52,864 nucleotides of DNA from Nitrospirales bacterium (GTDB lineage Bacteria > Nitrospirota > Nitrospiria > Nitrospirales > NS-4). A program made the translations under genes and the position numbers. The stretch is taken from contig DASYQR010000130.1 in NCBI GenBank assembly GCA_036005325.1, forward strand, positions 1 through 52,864. Reading direction: 5' to 3'. This document shows, piece by piece, positions 6,411-15,652 of the stretch. Under the pieces are notes generated by a model that was given only the letters and a program-made list of their open reading frames with translations, had not been told where the DNA came from and made no database searches. Numbering within the stretch: the stretch's first letter is position 1; each line of letters opens with the position of its first letter.

Positions 6411-7618
6411 ACGGTTTGCCACGTGACGTGAACTCTGAACTGCAGAGTACCCCGGCCGGTTCCGTAGGAGAGCCCCCTCCCACGGAAGGGACGTCGTCGC
6501 CGGACCCTACCCAACTCACCGTCCGCATACCGGTGAGCGCGCGAGGCCTGGCACTTGCCATTTTGGCCACCGTTGCCGTGGTATTTGCGCTGCAGTGGGC
6601 GGAGAAGTTTTTCATACCGCTCCTGCTCGGCATCATCATGGCATACACCCTCAATCCCTTCGTTGTTTGGCTGGAGCGCATTAAGATCCCTCGCCTGGTG
6701 GGTACCACCATTGTGATGATTGCCCTCCTGTGCGCGGCCGCCTTTACGACGATGTCGCTGCGCGGCCAGGTGCAGACGATACTCGAGCAGTTGCCCGAAG
6801 CGACGAACAAAATTTCTGCAACGCTCCTCGCCATGCGGAAGGGTCAGCCCACCACCATGCAGAAAGTGCAAGCCGCCGCGCGCGAGATCGATAAGGCGAC
6901 AAGCCAGGCGGCGGATGCCCATGCGACGCCCAAACAGACTGCGACCCACGTCGTCGTTGACCGGCCCGCGTTCAATCTGGGCGACTTCTTGTGGGCGGGT
7001 TCCATGGGGGCTTTAGCATTCATCAGCCAAGCCACTATGGTGCTTATCTTGGTCTTCTTCCTCTTGCTGGCTGGTGACACGTTCAAACGTAAGCTGGTGC
7101 GCTTGACCGGCCCATCGCTGTCGAACAAGAAAATCACGGTGCAAATCTTGGACGACATCAACGTATCCATCCAGCGCTATATGTTTACGCTGCTGGTGGC
7201 CAACGTGCTCCTGGCACTCCTTACCTGGACCGCGTTCCGCTGGATCGGTCTGGAAAATGCAGGCGCATGGGCGGTCGCTGCGGGTTTACTGCATGTCATT
7301 CCTTACTTCGGGCCCGTTCTTATCGCAGTAGCTACGGGAATGGCGGGCTTTTTGCAATTCGAGTCGCCCTGGATGGCGCTGTTGGTGTCGGGCAGCTCGC
7401 TGGCGATTGCCACCTTCGTCGGCATGTTTGTCATCACATGGATGACCGGCAAGATCGCACAAATGAATGCAGCGGCGGTGTTTATCGCGTTGCTCTTCTT
7501 GGGATGGCTATGGGGGGTATGGGGCCTGTTGCTCGCTATTCCCATCATTGGCATGGTGAAGGTCGTCTCCCAGCATATAGAAGAACTCCAGCCCTTGGCT
7601 GAGTTGCTGGGAGAATGA
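6389..7618 (+). CDS. AI-2E family (PerM/UPF0118) transporter
   Basis: Multi-TM protein with the LHVIPYFGPVL motif region typical of AI-2E transporters. Start uncertain; it overlaps the upstream gene. Confidence 0.85.
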   Translation: MVSIKTLNGLPRDVNSELQSTPAGSVGEPPPTEGTSSPDPTQLTVRIPVSARGLALAILATVAVVFALQWAEKFFIPLLLGIIMAYTLNPFVVWLERIKIPRLVGTTIVMIALLCAAAFTTMSLRGQVQTILEQLPEATNKISATLLAMRKGQPTTMQKVQAAAREIDKATSQAADAHATPKQTATHVVVDRPAFNLGDFLWAGSMGALAFISQATMVLILVFFLLLAGDTFKRKLVRLTGPSLSNKKITVQILDDINVSIQRYMFTLLVANVLLALLTWTAFRWIGLENAGAWAVAAGLLHVIPYFGPVLIAVATGMAGFLQFESPWMALLVSGSSLAIATFVGMFVITWMTGKIAQMNAAAVFIALLFLGWLWGVWGLLLAIPIIGMVKVVSQHIEELQPLAELLGE

Positions 7619-7656
7619 AGGCGTACTGCTTTACGAGGGGTAGGCCCAAAGTCGCA

Positions 7657-8064
7657 TTATTTTGTGAACGTCTTGTCATGCACAGACTTACGGTAATTGG
7701 ATAGTTCCTTCGTGAGCCAATCTGCGTTTGATGTTGGGGGATGATCAGCGCATCGCACCCAGTAAGGTCGGCCGCTTACACTACTTTTTGAGGCAGCCAG
7801 CTCGATAAACTCCTCGGGTGTCTTAATGTCGTACCTGAAGAAGTCATACTTCGACTGTAGATGTTTCGCAGCCTCTTCGGAATTGTATTCTTTGTCATTT
7901 CTTGTAAAGACACAACCGGACTTTTCTACATACCGTAACAGATGATCAATGGTATGCAGATAAGCGTCATCAGCTGGTGATGCAACTGCAGATGACACCA
8001 AGAGCATTCCGAGAAGGCTCAAGTATACGAGATACTTTCGTATTCGATAATATTCTTTTCCCAT
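7657..8064 (-). CDS. DUF5329-like secreted protein
   Basis: Signal peptide. IDHLLRYVEKSGCVFTRNDKEYNSEEAAKHL..FIELAASKSSVSGRPYWVRC matches my recollection of the DUF5329 pattern. GC is markedly low. Confidence 0.6.
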   Translation of the reverse strand: MGKEYYRIRKYLVYLSLLGMLLVSSAVASPADDAYLHTIDHLLRYVEKSGCVFTRNDKEYNSEEAAKHLQSKYDFFRYDIKTPEEFIELAASKSSVSGRPYWVRCADHPPTSNADWLTKELSNYRKSVHDKTFTK

Positions 8065-8116
8065 CAGTTGACCTGCCCCGAATTATTGTACCGCCTTTCC
8101 CCCTCTGCCATGCCGC

Positions 8117-8160
8117 AGCGTACCAGCTACAAACGGGTGGCGGCTGTTCACAATTGCTCG
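8117..8160 (-). promoter_or_regulatory. Module copy D: CGAGCAATTGTGAACA, 22 nt, then TGGTACGCT, upstream of DUF5329 and directly downstream of the crp/fnr-like gene
   Basis: 16-mer at 8145..8160, TACGCT at 8117..8122 on the minus strand preceded by TGG, 22-nt spacer. Confidence 0.5.
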
Positions 8161-8208
8161 GCAGTCTGTGAATTCAGGGTTCGGTGCCGCCGTCGGCGGC
8201 GGTGGCCG

Positions 8209-8874
8209 TTAGTCGTGGAGGACGATATTCATGAGGGAACTGTGAACGTGCAAGCCGTTTTTCAAGCCGCCGTTGTAGCTGATCAGGCCCAGTTTGCGAA
8301 ACTTGTTCATGAAAAAGCTGACTCGTGAGCGCGTCGTGCCGATGATCTCCGCCAGCGTTTCCTGGCTGATCTTCGCAATCACCGGCTCCGGTTTGCCTTC
8401 CTTCCCGAAGTTGGCCAGCAGGAGCAGCACCCGCGCCAGTCGCTTCTCGCTGGAGTTGAAGAGCTGATCCACCAGGTCCTCCTCAAGCCGGATGTTGCGG
8501 GAAAGCAGATGGGCGAGCAACAGCTCGGAAAAGGTGGGCTCGTTGTGGAGCACCCGGATCATGTTTTGTTTCTCCAGCCGCACGATCTCGCACGCGGACA
8601 TGGCGGTGGCGGTGGCCATGCGCACCGGCCGGCCCGAGAGGCAGCTCTCGCCAAAGAAGTCGTCGGTCCCTAAAATGCCGACGACCGCTTCTTTGCCCTG
8701 TTTGGAGACGACCGTGAGCTTGACCTTGCCTTTTTGGATATAAAAGATGGCGTCGGCCGGGTCACCTTGGGAGAAAACCTTCTGGTTCTTCCGGTAGTCG
8801 GCAATCGTCCTTCCTTCGCCGACCTTGGTCAGAAAGACCTGGGGATCGAATGGCGGTTTGTTATTCGTTTTCAT
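8209..8874 (-). CDS. Crp/Fnr-family transcriptional regulator (cNMP-binding domain plus C-terminal HTH)
   Basis: FSQGDPADAIFYIQKGKVKLTVVSKQGKEAVVGIL..FFGE effector domain. HTH ISQETLAEIIGTTRSRVSFFMNKFRKLGLI. AGGAGA RBS supports the ATG at 8874 (MKTNNKPP). Confidence 0.85.
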   Translation of the reverse strand: MKTNNKPPFDPQVFLTKVGEGRTIADYRKNQKVFSQGDPADAIFYIQKGKVKLTVVSKQGKEAVVGILGTDDFFGESCLSGRPVRMATATAMSACEIVRLEKQNMIRVLHNEPTFSELLLAHLLSRNIRLEEDLVDQLFNSSEKRLARVLLLLANFGKEGKPEPVIAKISQETLAEIIGTTRSRVSFFMNKFRKLGLISYNGGLKNGLHVHSSLMNIVLHD

Positions 8875-8926
8875 CCAGGTCTCCTTTTTAAGATACACCT
8901 GTAGTAATTAAACCTACTCTAATATA

Positions 8927-8956
8927 TATATACCAGAGGTACAAAACCGTCGTCAA
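8927..8956 (-). promoter_or_regulatory. Sigma-70-like promoter TTGACG-N18-(TGG)TATATA for the crp/fnr-like gene
   Basis: -35 at 8951..8956 and an extended -10 within a (TA)n run at 8927..8935, both on the minus strand. Confidence 0.45.
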
Positions 8957-8975
8957 GGGGGTATTGAAGCTGTTT

Positions 8976-9371
8976 CTAAATCTGCTTGTAGACGAAGACG
9001 CCGAGGAGGATGCCGATGAAGGTGAGCAGGTTCATTTTCAGCGTGAACCCCAGGCTGACTTTCAGCAGCCAGAGATCGACCGTGAACGGCGGGGTGATGC
9101 CGAGGTTCAAGGCCTGCGTGAAGATGTTCTGGATGATGCCGGGACGGAAGACCGCGGCGAGAGTTTCTCCGAGCAAACCGCCGAGCAAGCCGCCGACGAT
9201 GACACAGATGACCAAGACCCAGGGAGATTTACGCACGTCCCGCACTCTATAAGTAACTTTCCCTGCTGTCAAGCCTAAATCCTCGGCCAAGACGAATGAT
9301 GACCAATCCTGGAATCCCTGTCGCAAGGAGACCGATTCATACTGAAATCGCCTTGACAGTTCCGGCGTCAT
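8976..9371 (-). CDS. DUF4321-family membrane protein
   Basis: KSPWVLVICVIVGGLLGGLLGE...LNLGITPPFTVDLWLLKVSLGFTLKMNLLTFIGILLGVFVY fits the DUF4321 pattern. The track ORF extends past the ffh start. True start is either the ATG at 9371 or an internal GTG near 9236. Confidence 0.65.
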   Translation of the reverse strand: MTPELSRRFQYESVSLRQGFQDWSSFVLAEDLGLTAGKVTYRVRDVRKSPWVLVICVIVGGLLGGLLGETLAAVFRPGIIQNIFTQALNLGITPPFTVDLWLLKVSLGFTLKMNLLTFIGILLGVFVYKQI

Positions 9372-9426
9372 TCCAGTACACTTGAAAATCAAAATCTTTA
9401 GGTTTTTTCGGTAAATAGAGGCATCT

Positions 9427-10767
9427 ATGCTCGAAGCCCTGTCAGCCAAACTTGACGACATTCTGAAGCGCCTTCGCGGCCACGGCGTCCTGACCGAGGC
9501 AGCGATTGCGGAGGCTCTGAAGGAGGTGCGGCTGGCGCTGCTTGAAGCGGATGTCAACTTCAAAATCGTCAAGGAGTTTGTCGAGCGCGTCCGAATCAAG
9601 GCGATCGGCCAGGAGGTGCTCCAGAGCCTGACGCCGGGACATCAGGTCGTCAAGGTCGTGCACGAGGAACTCTGCGCGCTCATGGGGCAGCAGCAGACCG
9701 GCCTGGCGCTCTCACCGATGCCCCCGACGGTCATCATGATGGTCGGGCTCCAGGGGGCGGGCAAAACCACGACGTGCGGCAAGCTGGCACGGCACTTCAA
9801 GACGCACGGTAAGCGCGTGCTGCTGGTGGCGGCCGATCCGCGGCGGCCAGCGGCCGCGGAGCAGTTGGCCGTGCTGGGCGCGCAGCTCGAGGTGCCGGTC
9901 CATCGGGCCGACTCCACGGGTCGTGACGCGGTTTCCATCTGCGTGGAGGGGGTCGAGCGGGGCCGCACTCAAGGGTTTGATGTCGTGATCCTGGATACCG
10001 GCGGGCGCCTGCATATCGACGACGATTTGATGAACGAACTGGCGGCGATCCGGACCAAGACAACGCCCCAGGAAGTGCTCCTGGTCGCCGACGCGATGAT
10101 CGGGCAGGATGCGGTGGCCATGGCCGAACAGTTCGACCGGCGGGTGGGGCTGACCGGCGTGGTCCTGACCAAAGCCGAAGGTGATGCCCGAGGCGGGGCG
10201 GTGCTCTCGATCAAGGCCGTCACCGGCAAGCCGATCAAGTTCCTCGGCACGGGCGAGAAGCTGGAGGCCTTGGAGCCGTTCCACCCGGATCGCATGGCCG
10301 CGCGTATTCTCGGGATGGGCGATGTCCTCTCGCTCATCGAGAAGGCGCAGGAGGTGGTCGACCGGGACCAGGCCGAGGGGATGGCCCAGAAGCTCCGGTC
10401 GGAGAGCCTCACGCTGGAGGACTTCCGGGAGCAGCTCAAACAGGTCAACAAGCTGGGCTCGCTGGAGCAGATCCTGGACATGCTGCCGGGTGGGCAGCGT
10501 CTCAAAGAAGCGGCGGGCGGCGGGGCGGCGGAGAAAGAGGTGGCGCGCGTGGCGGCCATCATTGATTCCATGACGACTCGTGAACGGCGCGATCACACGC
10601 TGCTGAACGGCAGCCGCAAGCAGCGGATCGCGAAGGGCAGCGGGACCAGCGTGCAGGACGTGAATCGGTTGATCAAGCAGTACCTGGAAGCCCGCAAGAT
10701 GATGAAAATGTTGTCGGGGCAGGCCGGACGTAAGAAGCTGGGCCGGTCGATGCGCGCGTTCTCATGA
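9427..10767 (+). CDS. ffh: Signal recognition particle protein Ffh
   Basis: GLQGAGKTTTCGKLA P-loop, DTGGRLH, M-domain with a Met-rich tail. Confidence 0.95.
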   Translation: MLEALSAKLDDILKRLRGHGVLTEAAIAEALKEVRLALLEADVNFKIVKEFVERVRIKAIGQEVLQSLTPGHQVVKVVHEELCALMGQQQTGLALSPMPPTVIMMVGLQGAGKTTTCGKLARHFKTHGKRVLLVAADPRRPAAAEQLAVLGAQLEVPVHRADSTGRDAVSICVEGVERGRTQGFDVVILDTGGRLHIDDDLMNELAAIRTKTTPQEVLLVADAMIGQDAVAMAEQFDRRVGLTGVVLTKAEGDARGGAVLSIKAVTGKPIKFLGTGEKLEALEPFHPDRMAARILGMGDVLSLIEKAQEVVDRDQAEGMAQKLRSESLTLEDFREQLKQVNKLGSLEQILDMLPGGQRLKEAAGGGAAEKEVARVAAIIDSMTTRERRDHTLLNGSRKQRIAKGSGTSVQDVNRLIKQYLEARKMMKMLSGQAGRKKLGRSMRAFS

Positions 10768-10803
10768 TATCTCATAACTTTCAGAGAGAGGAGAGGTAAC
10801 CAC

Positions 10804-11073
10804 GTGGTGCGACTCAGACTTACGCGAGGGGGGCGGCACAAGCGGCCCTTCTATCGAATCGTGGCAGCGGATTCCAGGATGCCGAGAGACGGGCGGTACA
10901 TCGAAGTCCTTGGCACGTATGATCCTTTGAAGACGCCGGCTGCCGTCGCGATCAAGCAGGAGCGGGTGATGGAATGGCTCAAGAAAGGGGCCCAACCGTC
11001 GGTCACGGTCCATACCCTGCTGCGTCGGGCCGGTGTCCTCAAGCAGCTGAAGGCGACCCCCGCCAAAGCGTAG
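10804..11073 (+). CDS. rpsP: 30S ribosomal protein S16
   Basis: [25 protein letters not shown]..; GTG start. Confidence 0.95.
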   Translation: MVRLRLTRGGRHKRPFYRIVAADSRMPRDGRYIEVLGTYDPLKTPAAVAIKQERVMEWLKKGAQPSVTVHTLLRRAGVLKQLKATPAKA

Positions 11074-11118
11074 ACGACATCTTGGCGTCCGCATCCCTAC
11101 CGGGGAGGAGGTGCGGCG

Positions 11119-11333
<215 letters not shown>

Positions 11334-11358
<25 letters not shown>

Positions 11359-11876
11359 CCGAGCACGAACTGGTCGCGATCGGGAAGGTCCTGCGCGTTC
11401 ACGGATTGCGCGGCGAGGTGAAGGTACAGTCGCTCTCCGACATGCCGCACCGGTTTGAAACACTGACGAAGGTTGTCGTGGCGAGCCCGGCCGGCGCGCG
11501 GCGGGAGCTGGATGTCCGCGCGTGCCGGAAAATGGCGCACGACTATCTCGTGACCTTCGAGGGGATCGAGACGCCCGAAGCCGCGGCCTCGTTGGTCGGA
11601 AGCCTGATGCAGATTCCGGAAGAGCGGCTGGCGCCACTGCCGGATGGCCGATACTATCAGCACGACCTTCTGGGGATGGTGGTGCGGACGGAAGAGGGGA
11701 CGCCAGTCGGGACGCTTGCCGATATTCTTCCGACGGGGGCCAATGCGGTGTTTGTGATACGCGGGGAGGCTGGTCAAGAGCACCTGATTCCCGCAACCCA
11801 CGAAGTAGTCAGAAGGGTGGACGTGCCGGGCCGGCTGATGACCATCCGCCGTATCGCGGGCTTACTGGAAAGCTAA
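11334..11876 (+). CDS. rimM: 16S rRNA processing protein RimM
   Basis: [16 protein letters not shown] signature, PRC barrel C-terminal part, conserved synteny. Confidence 0.9.
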
Positions 11877-11883
11877 ACGTAAA

Positions 11884-12624
11884 ATGAAATGCGACATTCT
11901 CACGTTGTTTCCCGACATGGTGGAGGCGGTGGTCAGCGCCAGCATCCTGGGACGGGGCCGTGAGAAAGGCCTGCTGGATATCCGCGTGGTGAATCTGCGC
12001 GAGTACGCGGAAGGGCGGCACAAGGTCGCGGACGACTATCCGTACGGCGGCGGGGCGGGGATGGTGATCAAACCCGAACCGGTCTTCCGCGCCGTGGACG
12101 ACCTGCGCGCGCGGGATGGTGACCTGCGTCTGGTGATGCTGTCGCCGCAGGGCCGGCGCTTCACCCAGGCTATCGCGGAGGAATTCGCCCGAGAAACGCG
12201 GCGCGTGGTGTTTCTGTGTGGACACTACGAAGGCATCGACGAGCGGGTGCGGGAGGGCTTGGCGCCGGAAGAGGTGTCCGTCGGCGATTACATCCTGACC
12301 GGAGGTGAGCTGGCGGCGCTGATCATCGTCGACGCAGCGGCCCGTCTGGTGCCGGGGGTGTTGGGGGACCAGCAGTCCGCGGAGGCGGACTCCTTCGGGG
12401 GGTCCTTGCTGGATTATCCCCACTATACCCGTCCGCCGGTCTACAGAGGATTGGAGGTGCCGGAGGTGCTTCGGTCCGGCGACCACGACGCGATCCGGTC
12501 ATGGCGCCGGGCGCAGTCCCTGTTGAATACCTTGAGCAAGCGGCCCGATCTCTTGGAGCGGGCGGAGTTGACGCCGGAGGAGCGGCAAGTGTTGAATGAG
12601 TTTTCGCGCGAAGGTAACGCCTGA
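11884..12624 (+). CDS. trmD: tRNA (guanine37-N1)-methyltransferase
   Basis: [10 protein letters not shown].., [32 protein letters not shown]. Confidence 0.95.
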   Translation: MKCDILTLFPDMVEAVVSASILGRGREKGLLDIRVVNLREYAEGRHKVADDYPYGGGAGMVIKPEPVFRAVDDLRARDGDLRLVMLSPQGRRFTQAIAEEFARETRRVVFLCGHYEGIDERVREGLAPEEVSVGDYILTGGELAALIIVDAAARLVPGVLGDQQSAEADSFGGSLLDYPHYTRPPVYRGLEVPEVLRSGDHDAIRSWRRAQSLLNTLSKRPDLLERAELTPEERQVLNEFSREGNA

Positions 12625-12655
12625 CGGGCGAACAGAAGAGAGAGGAGAGACAGTC

Positions 12656-13072
12656 ATGAATCGGCTCCAGCGGTTGAATGCGGCGATGGTAAAGAAAAAC
12701 ATGCCGAGTTTTGAGATCGGCGACACGGTACGAGTCCACGTGAGGGTCGTGGAGGGTGAGAAGGAGCGCGTGCAGGTGTTCGAAGGCGTGGTCATCAGCC
12801 GGAAGGGCGGGCAGAGCGCCGAAACCTTCACCGTTCGGAAAGTGTCCTACGGAGTTGGGGTCGAGCGGATTTTCCCGATCCATTCACCGGTAGTGGAGCG
12901 GATCGACGTGGTTCGCCAAGGCCGGGTCCGGCGGGCCAAGCTGTTCTACCTCCGATCCAAGAAAGGCAAGACAGCCCGGGTGGCCGAGCGCGAATACTTG
13001 GCGGAGGGCAAGCCCAAGCCGGAGACTGCACCGGACACTGTCGAGCCGGCGCCCGTCAAGGCCGGCGCCTGA
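12656..13072 (+). CDS. rplS: 50S ribosomal protein L19 with a short C-terminal extension
   Basis: Start trimmed to MNRLQRLN.. after the [38 protein letters not shown]. Confidence 0.93.
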   Translation: MNRLQRLNAAMVKKNMPSFEIGDTVRVHVRVVEGEKERVQVFEGVVISRKGGQSAETFTVRKVSYGVGVERIFPIHSPVVERIDVVRQGRVRRAKLFYLRSKKGKTARVAEREYLAEGKPKPETAPDTVEPAPVKAGA

Positions 13073-13087
13073 AGACGGCAGGAGCAC

Positions 13088-13711
13088 GTGTCGCTGAATC
13101 CCGATGACACGTTCGAGTGTGAGGCGTGGACGCGCGGGTTTCGGCGCGTGGCAGGTCTAGATGAGGCCGGACGCGGCCCGCTGGCCGGTCCGGTGGTGGC
13201 GGCGGCGGTGGTCCTGCCCCGCCGGTGTCGCTTGCAAGGGCTGCGGGATGCAAAACTCCTGAGCGAGCGGCAGCGCGACTGTCTGTACACGAGCCTTCTC
13301 ACGGTGGCAGTGGATGTCGGTGTCGGCGTCGTGGATGCGGAGTTGATCGATGCTCTGAACATTCTCGAGGCCACCCGCCTTGCCATGTGTCAGGCGATCC
13401 GGCATTTGTCTCCTCCGCCCGATTATCTCCTTCTCGACGCCGTCGTCCTGCCGGGAGTTCCGACGGAACAGCGGGCGGTCATCAAAGGCGATGGGCTGTG
13501 CCTGTCCGTCGCCGCCGCGTCGGTTGTCGCGAAGGTCCTTCGGGATCGGTTGATGGTCAGAGCGCACGCCCAGTACCCGCAGTACGGGTTTCTCCTGCAC
13601 AAGGGATACGGGACCGCCGAGCACCTGCGTCAGCTGCAACGGCATGGGCCCTGCGCGCTGCACCGGCGGAGTTTTCGTCCCGTCTTGGAGTTGGAGACTG
13701 ACGCCCGATGA
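13088..13711 (+). CDS. rnhB: Ribonuclease HII
   Basis: VAGLDEAGRGPLAGPVVAAAV.., DSKLL-like DAKLLS, GYGTAEH. Confidence 0.93.
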   Translation: MSLNPDDTFECEAWTRGFRRVAGLDEAGRGPLAGPVVAAAVVLPRRCRLQGLRDAKLLSERQRDCLYTSLLTVAVDVGVGVVDAELIDALNILEATRLAMCQAIRHLSPPPDYLLLDAVVLPGVPTEQRAVIKGDGLCLSVAAASVVAKVLRDRLMVRAHAQYPQYGFLLHKGYGTAEHLRQLQRHGPCALHRRSFRPVLELETDAR

Positions 13712-14091
13712 GCGCCCGGAGCCTCCTCGGCGCGGAAGGTGAGCGTGCGGCCGCAGAGTTTTTGGAGGCCCGGGGTTACCGGATTGTGGAACGGAACTAC
13801 CGGACGCGGCGTGGGGAGATTGATCTCATTGCGCAAGAGGGACGCACTCTGGTGTTCGTCGAAGTGAAAGCCCGGCTCAATGATCGGTTCGGCGGGCCCG
13901 GCGCGGCCATCACCCCCACCAAGCAGGCCCGGATCGCGCGGCTCGCCCAACACTATCTACTGAGGCGGCGGCTCGGAGACCGGCCCTGTCGGTTCGACGT
14001 GGTGCTCATCTGGGGCGATGATCCCAAGACTCGGCGGATTGAACTGCTGCCCGGCGCGTTTGAAGCGCCGGCGACCCGCTCATCCGCATGA
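13708..14091 (+). CDS. YraN-family (UPF0102) endonuclease-like protein
   Basis: GERAAAEFLEARGYRIVERNYRTRRGEIDLIA..LVFVEVKAR. Confidence 0.9.
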   Translation: MSARSLLGAEGERAAAEFLEARGYRIVERNYRTRRGEIDLIAQEGRTLVFVEVKARLNDRFGGPGAAITPTKQARIARLAQHYLLRRRLGDRPCRFDVVLIWGDDPKTRRIELLPGAFEAPATRSSA

Positions 14092-14756
14092 TCGAGTTTT
14101 TTCATGTCGCCAAGGCGTATAATGGCCGACCGGCCCTCCAGGATGTCAGTTTCAAGATTGAGAAAGGCGAGTTTGTCTTTCTCACCGGATCCAGCGGAGC
14201 CGGCAAAACGACCCTTCTCCGGTTGATCTTTTGCGCCGAGGCTCCGGATGAGGGGCAAATCTTGGTGCACAACCGGAATTTGTCGCAGATCAAGGGGTCG
14301 GCTGTCCCGTATCTGCGCCGGACGATGGGGTTCGTGTTTCAGGATTTTCGGCTCCTGCCGAAAAAGACGGTGTTCGAGAATGTCGCGCTGGCGCTGAAGG
14401 TCTGCGGTGTGTCGGAAGGGGTGCTTCGCGTGAAGGCTGTCGAGACGCTGGGCGCCGTCGGGTTGGGGCATAAACTGGAGGCCTTGCCCATGATGCTATC
14501 GGCGGGGGAACAGCAGCGGGTGTGTCTGGCGCGCGCGATCGTGAACGATCCGCAGATCCTTCTTGCGGACGAGCCGACCGGCAATCTGGACGCCGCCCTG
14601 GCTGGAGAGATTCTGGAGCTGTTGAAGAACGTGAACGCGCGCGGCACGACGGTGCTGCTGGCCACTCACAACCGGGATCTGTTGCGCAGCGTGCTGCGTC
14701 GGATGGTGAAGTTGGATCAGGGCCGTGTGGTGGAGGACGGGTGTCCCGAGCGATGA
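14088..14756 (+). CDS. ftsE: Cell division ATP-binding protein FtsE
   Basis: GSSGAGKTTLLRL Walker A, LSAGEQQRV signature, LLADEPTGNLD. Confidence 0.93.
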   Translation: MIEFFHVAKAYNGRPALQDVSFKIEKGEFVFLTGSSGAGKTTLLRLIFCAEAPDEGQILVHNRNLSQIKGSAVPYLRRTMGFVFQDFRLLPKKTVFENVALALKVCGVSEGVLRVKAVETLGAVGLGHKLEALPMMLSAGEQQRVCLARAIVNDPQILLADEPTGNLDAALAGEILELLKNVNARGTTVLLATHNRDLLRSVLRRMVKLDQGRVVEDGCPER

Positions 14757-15652
14757 CTCCCCTGCGCTACCTCCTGAGCGAAGCCGTGGACAACGTCAAG
14801 GCCAACCGGACCACCACGGTCATTGCCCTGGTCACCACGACGTTTACGATGCTGGGCATGGGCGTGTTTCTGCTCTTGTATCTGAACATCCAGGACGCAC
14901 TCGGGTCATTGCGCGAGGAGATCAAGGTCATCGTCTATCTCCGGGACTCGGCGACTGCGCAGGACATTGCGGCGATACGGGCCGAGGTGAGCCGCGATCC
15001 GGCCGTCGCGGGAATCGAGTTGGTATCCAGAGAGCAGGCCCTCGCGACGTTCCGGGCGCAGTTTCCCTCGGAAGAGCGCTTGCTCAGCGGACTCGGCGAC
15101 AATCCATTTCCCGCTTCGCTCGTCATCAAGGTTGGCCAGGCGTATCGGTCGTCGGAGCAAGTGAGCGCGCTCGTCCAAAAACTCAAGATGTTGTCCGAGG
15201 CGGAAGAAGTGCTCTATAGTCAGGACTGGATCGAGAACGTGGCAGCCGCGCTGCGGTATCTGCGGGTGTTGGGCATAGGCATCGGCGTGGTGCTGGCGGT
15301 GTCCATGGTGACGATTCTTGCCAATACGACCCGATTGACGGTGTACGCGCGCCGGGAGGAGATCGAGATTCTCAAGTTGATCGGCGCGACGGCGGGCTTC
15401 ATCAAGACCCCGTTTGTTCTCGAGGGCGCGCTGTTGGGCGGCGCGGGCGCTGCGTGCGCGCTCTTTCTCCTGCGAACGTTATTGGGACTGGCAGAAAGCA
15501 AGCTGGCGATCAAAGGAACGTTTTGGGGGATGGGACGGGGATTGATGTTTCTCCCGGACCGTGTGACGGTCGCGTTTCTGTTGCTGGGGATCATGCTGGG
15601 GTGTTTGGGGAGCATGGTCTCGTTGAGCCAACTGCGCGGTGCGAGGAGTTGA
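14753..15652 (+). CDS. ftsX: Cell division permease FtsX
   Basis: Start trimmed to MTPLRYLLSEAVDNVKANR (ATGA overlap with ftsE). Four TM segments, periplasmic loop. Confidence 0.9.
   Translation: MTPLRYLLSEAVDNVKANRTTTVIALVTTTFTMLGMGVFLLLYLNIQDALGSLREEIKVIVYLRDSATAQDIAAIRAEVSRDPAVAGIELVSREQALATFRAQFPSEERLLSGLGDNPFPASLVIKVGQAYRSSEQVSALVQKLKMLSEAEEVLYSQDWIENVAAALRYLRVLGIGIGVVLAVSMVTILANTTRLTVYARREEIEILKLIGATAGFIKTPFVLEGALLGGAGAACALFLLRTLLGLAESKLAIKGTFWGMGRGLMFLPDRVTVAFLLLGIMLGCLGSMVSLSQLRGARS

Noticed and set aside
14522-14752. Long N-terminal extensions of track ORFs (ftsX 14522, envC 15454, dop 24619, msbA 46329, thiG 21478, rplS 12596, thiL to 35800, DUF4321 to 9599)
   Set aside because: The extensions are Arg/Gly/Pro-rich, overlap the preceding gene in another frame, and precede canonical N-termini with ATGA/TGATG coupling or good RBSs. 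Starts were trimmed accordingly.
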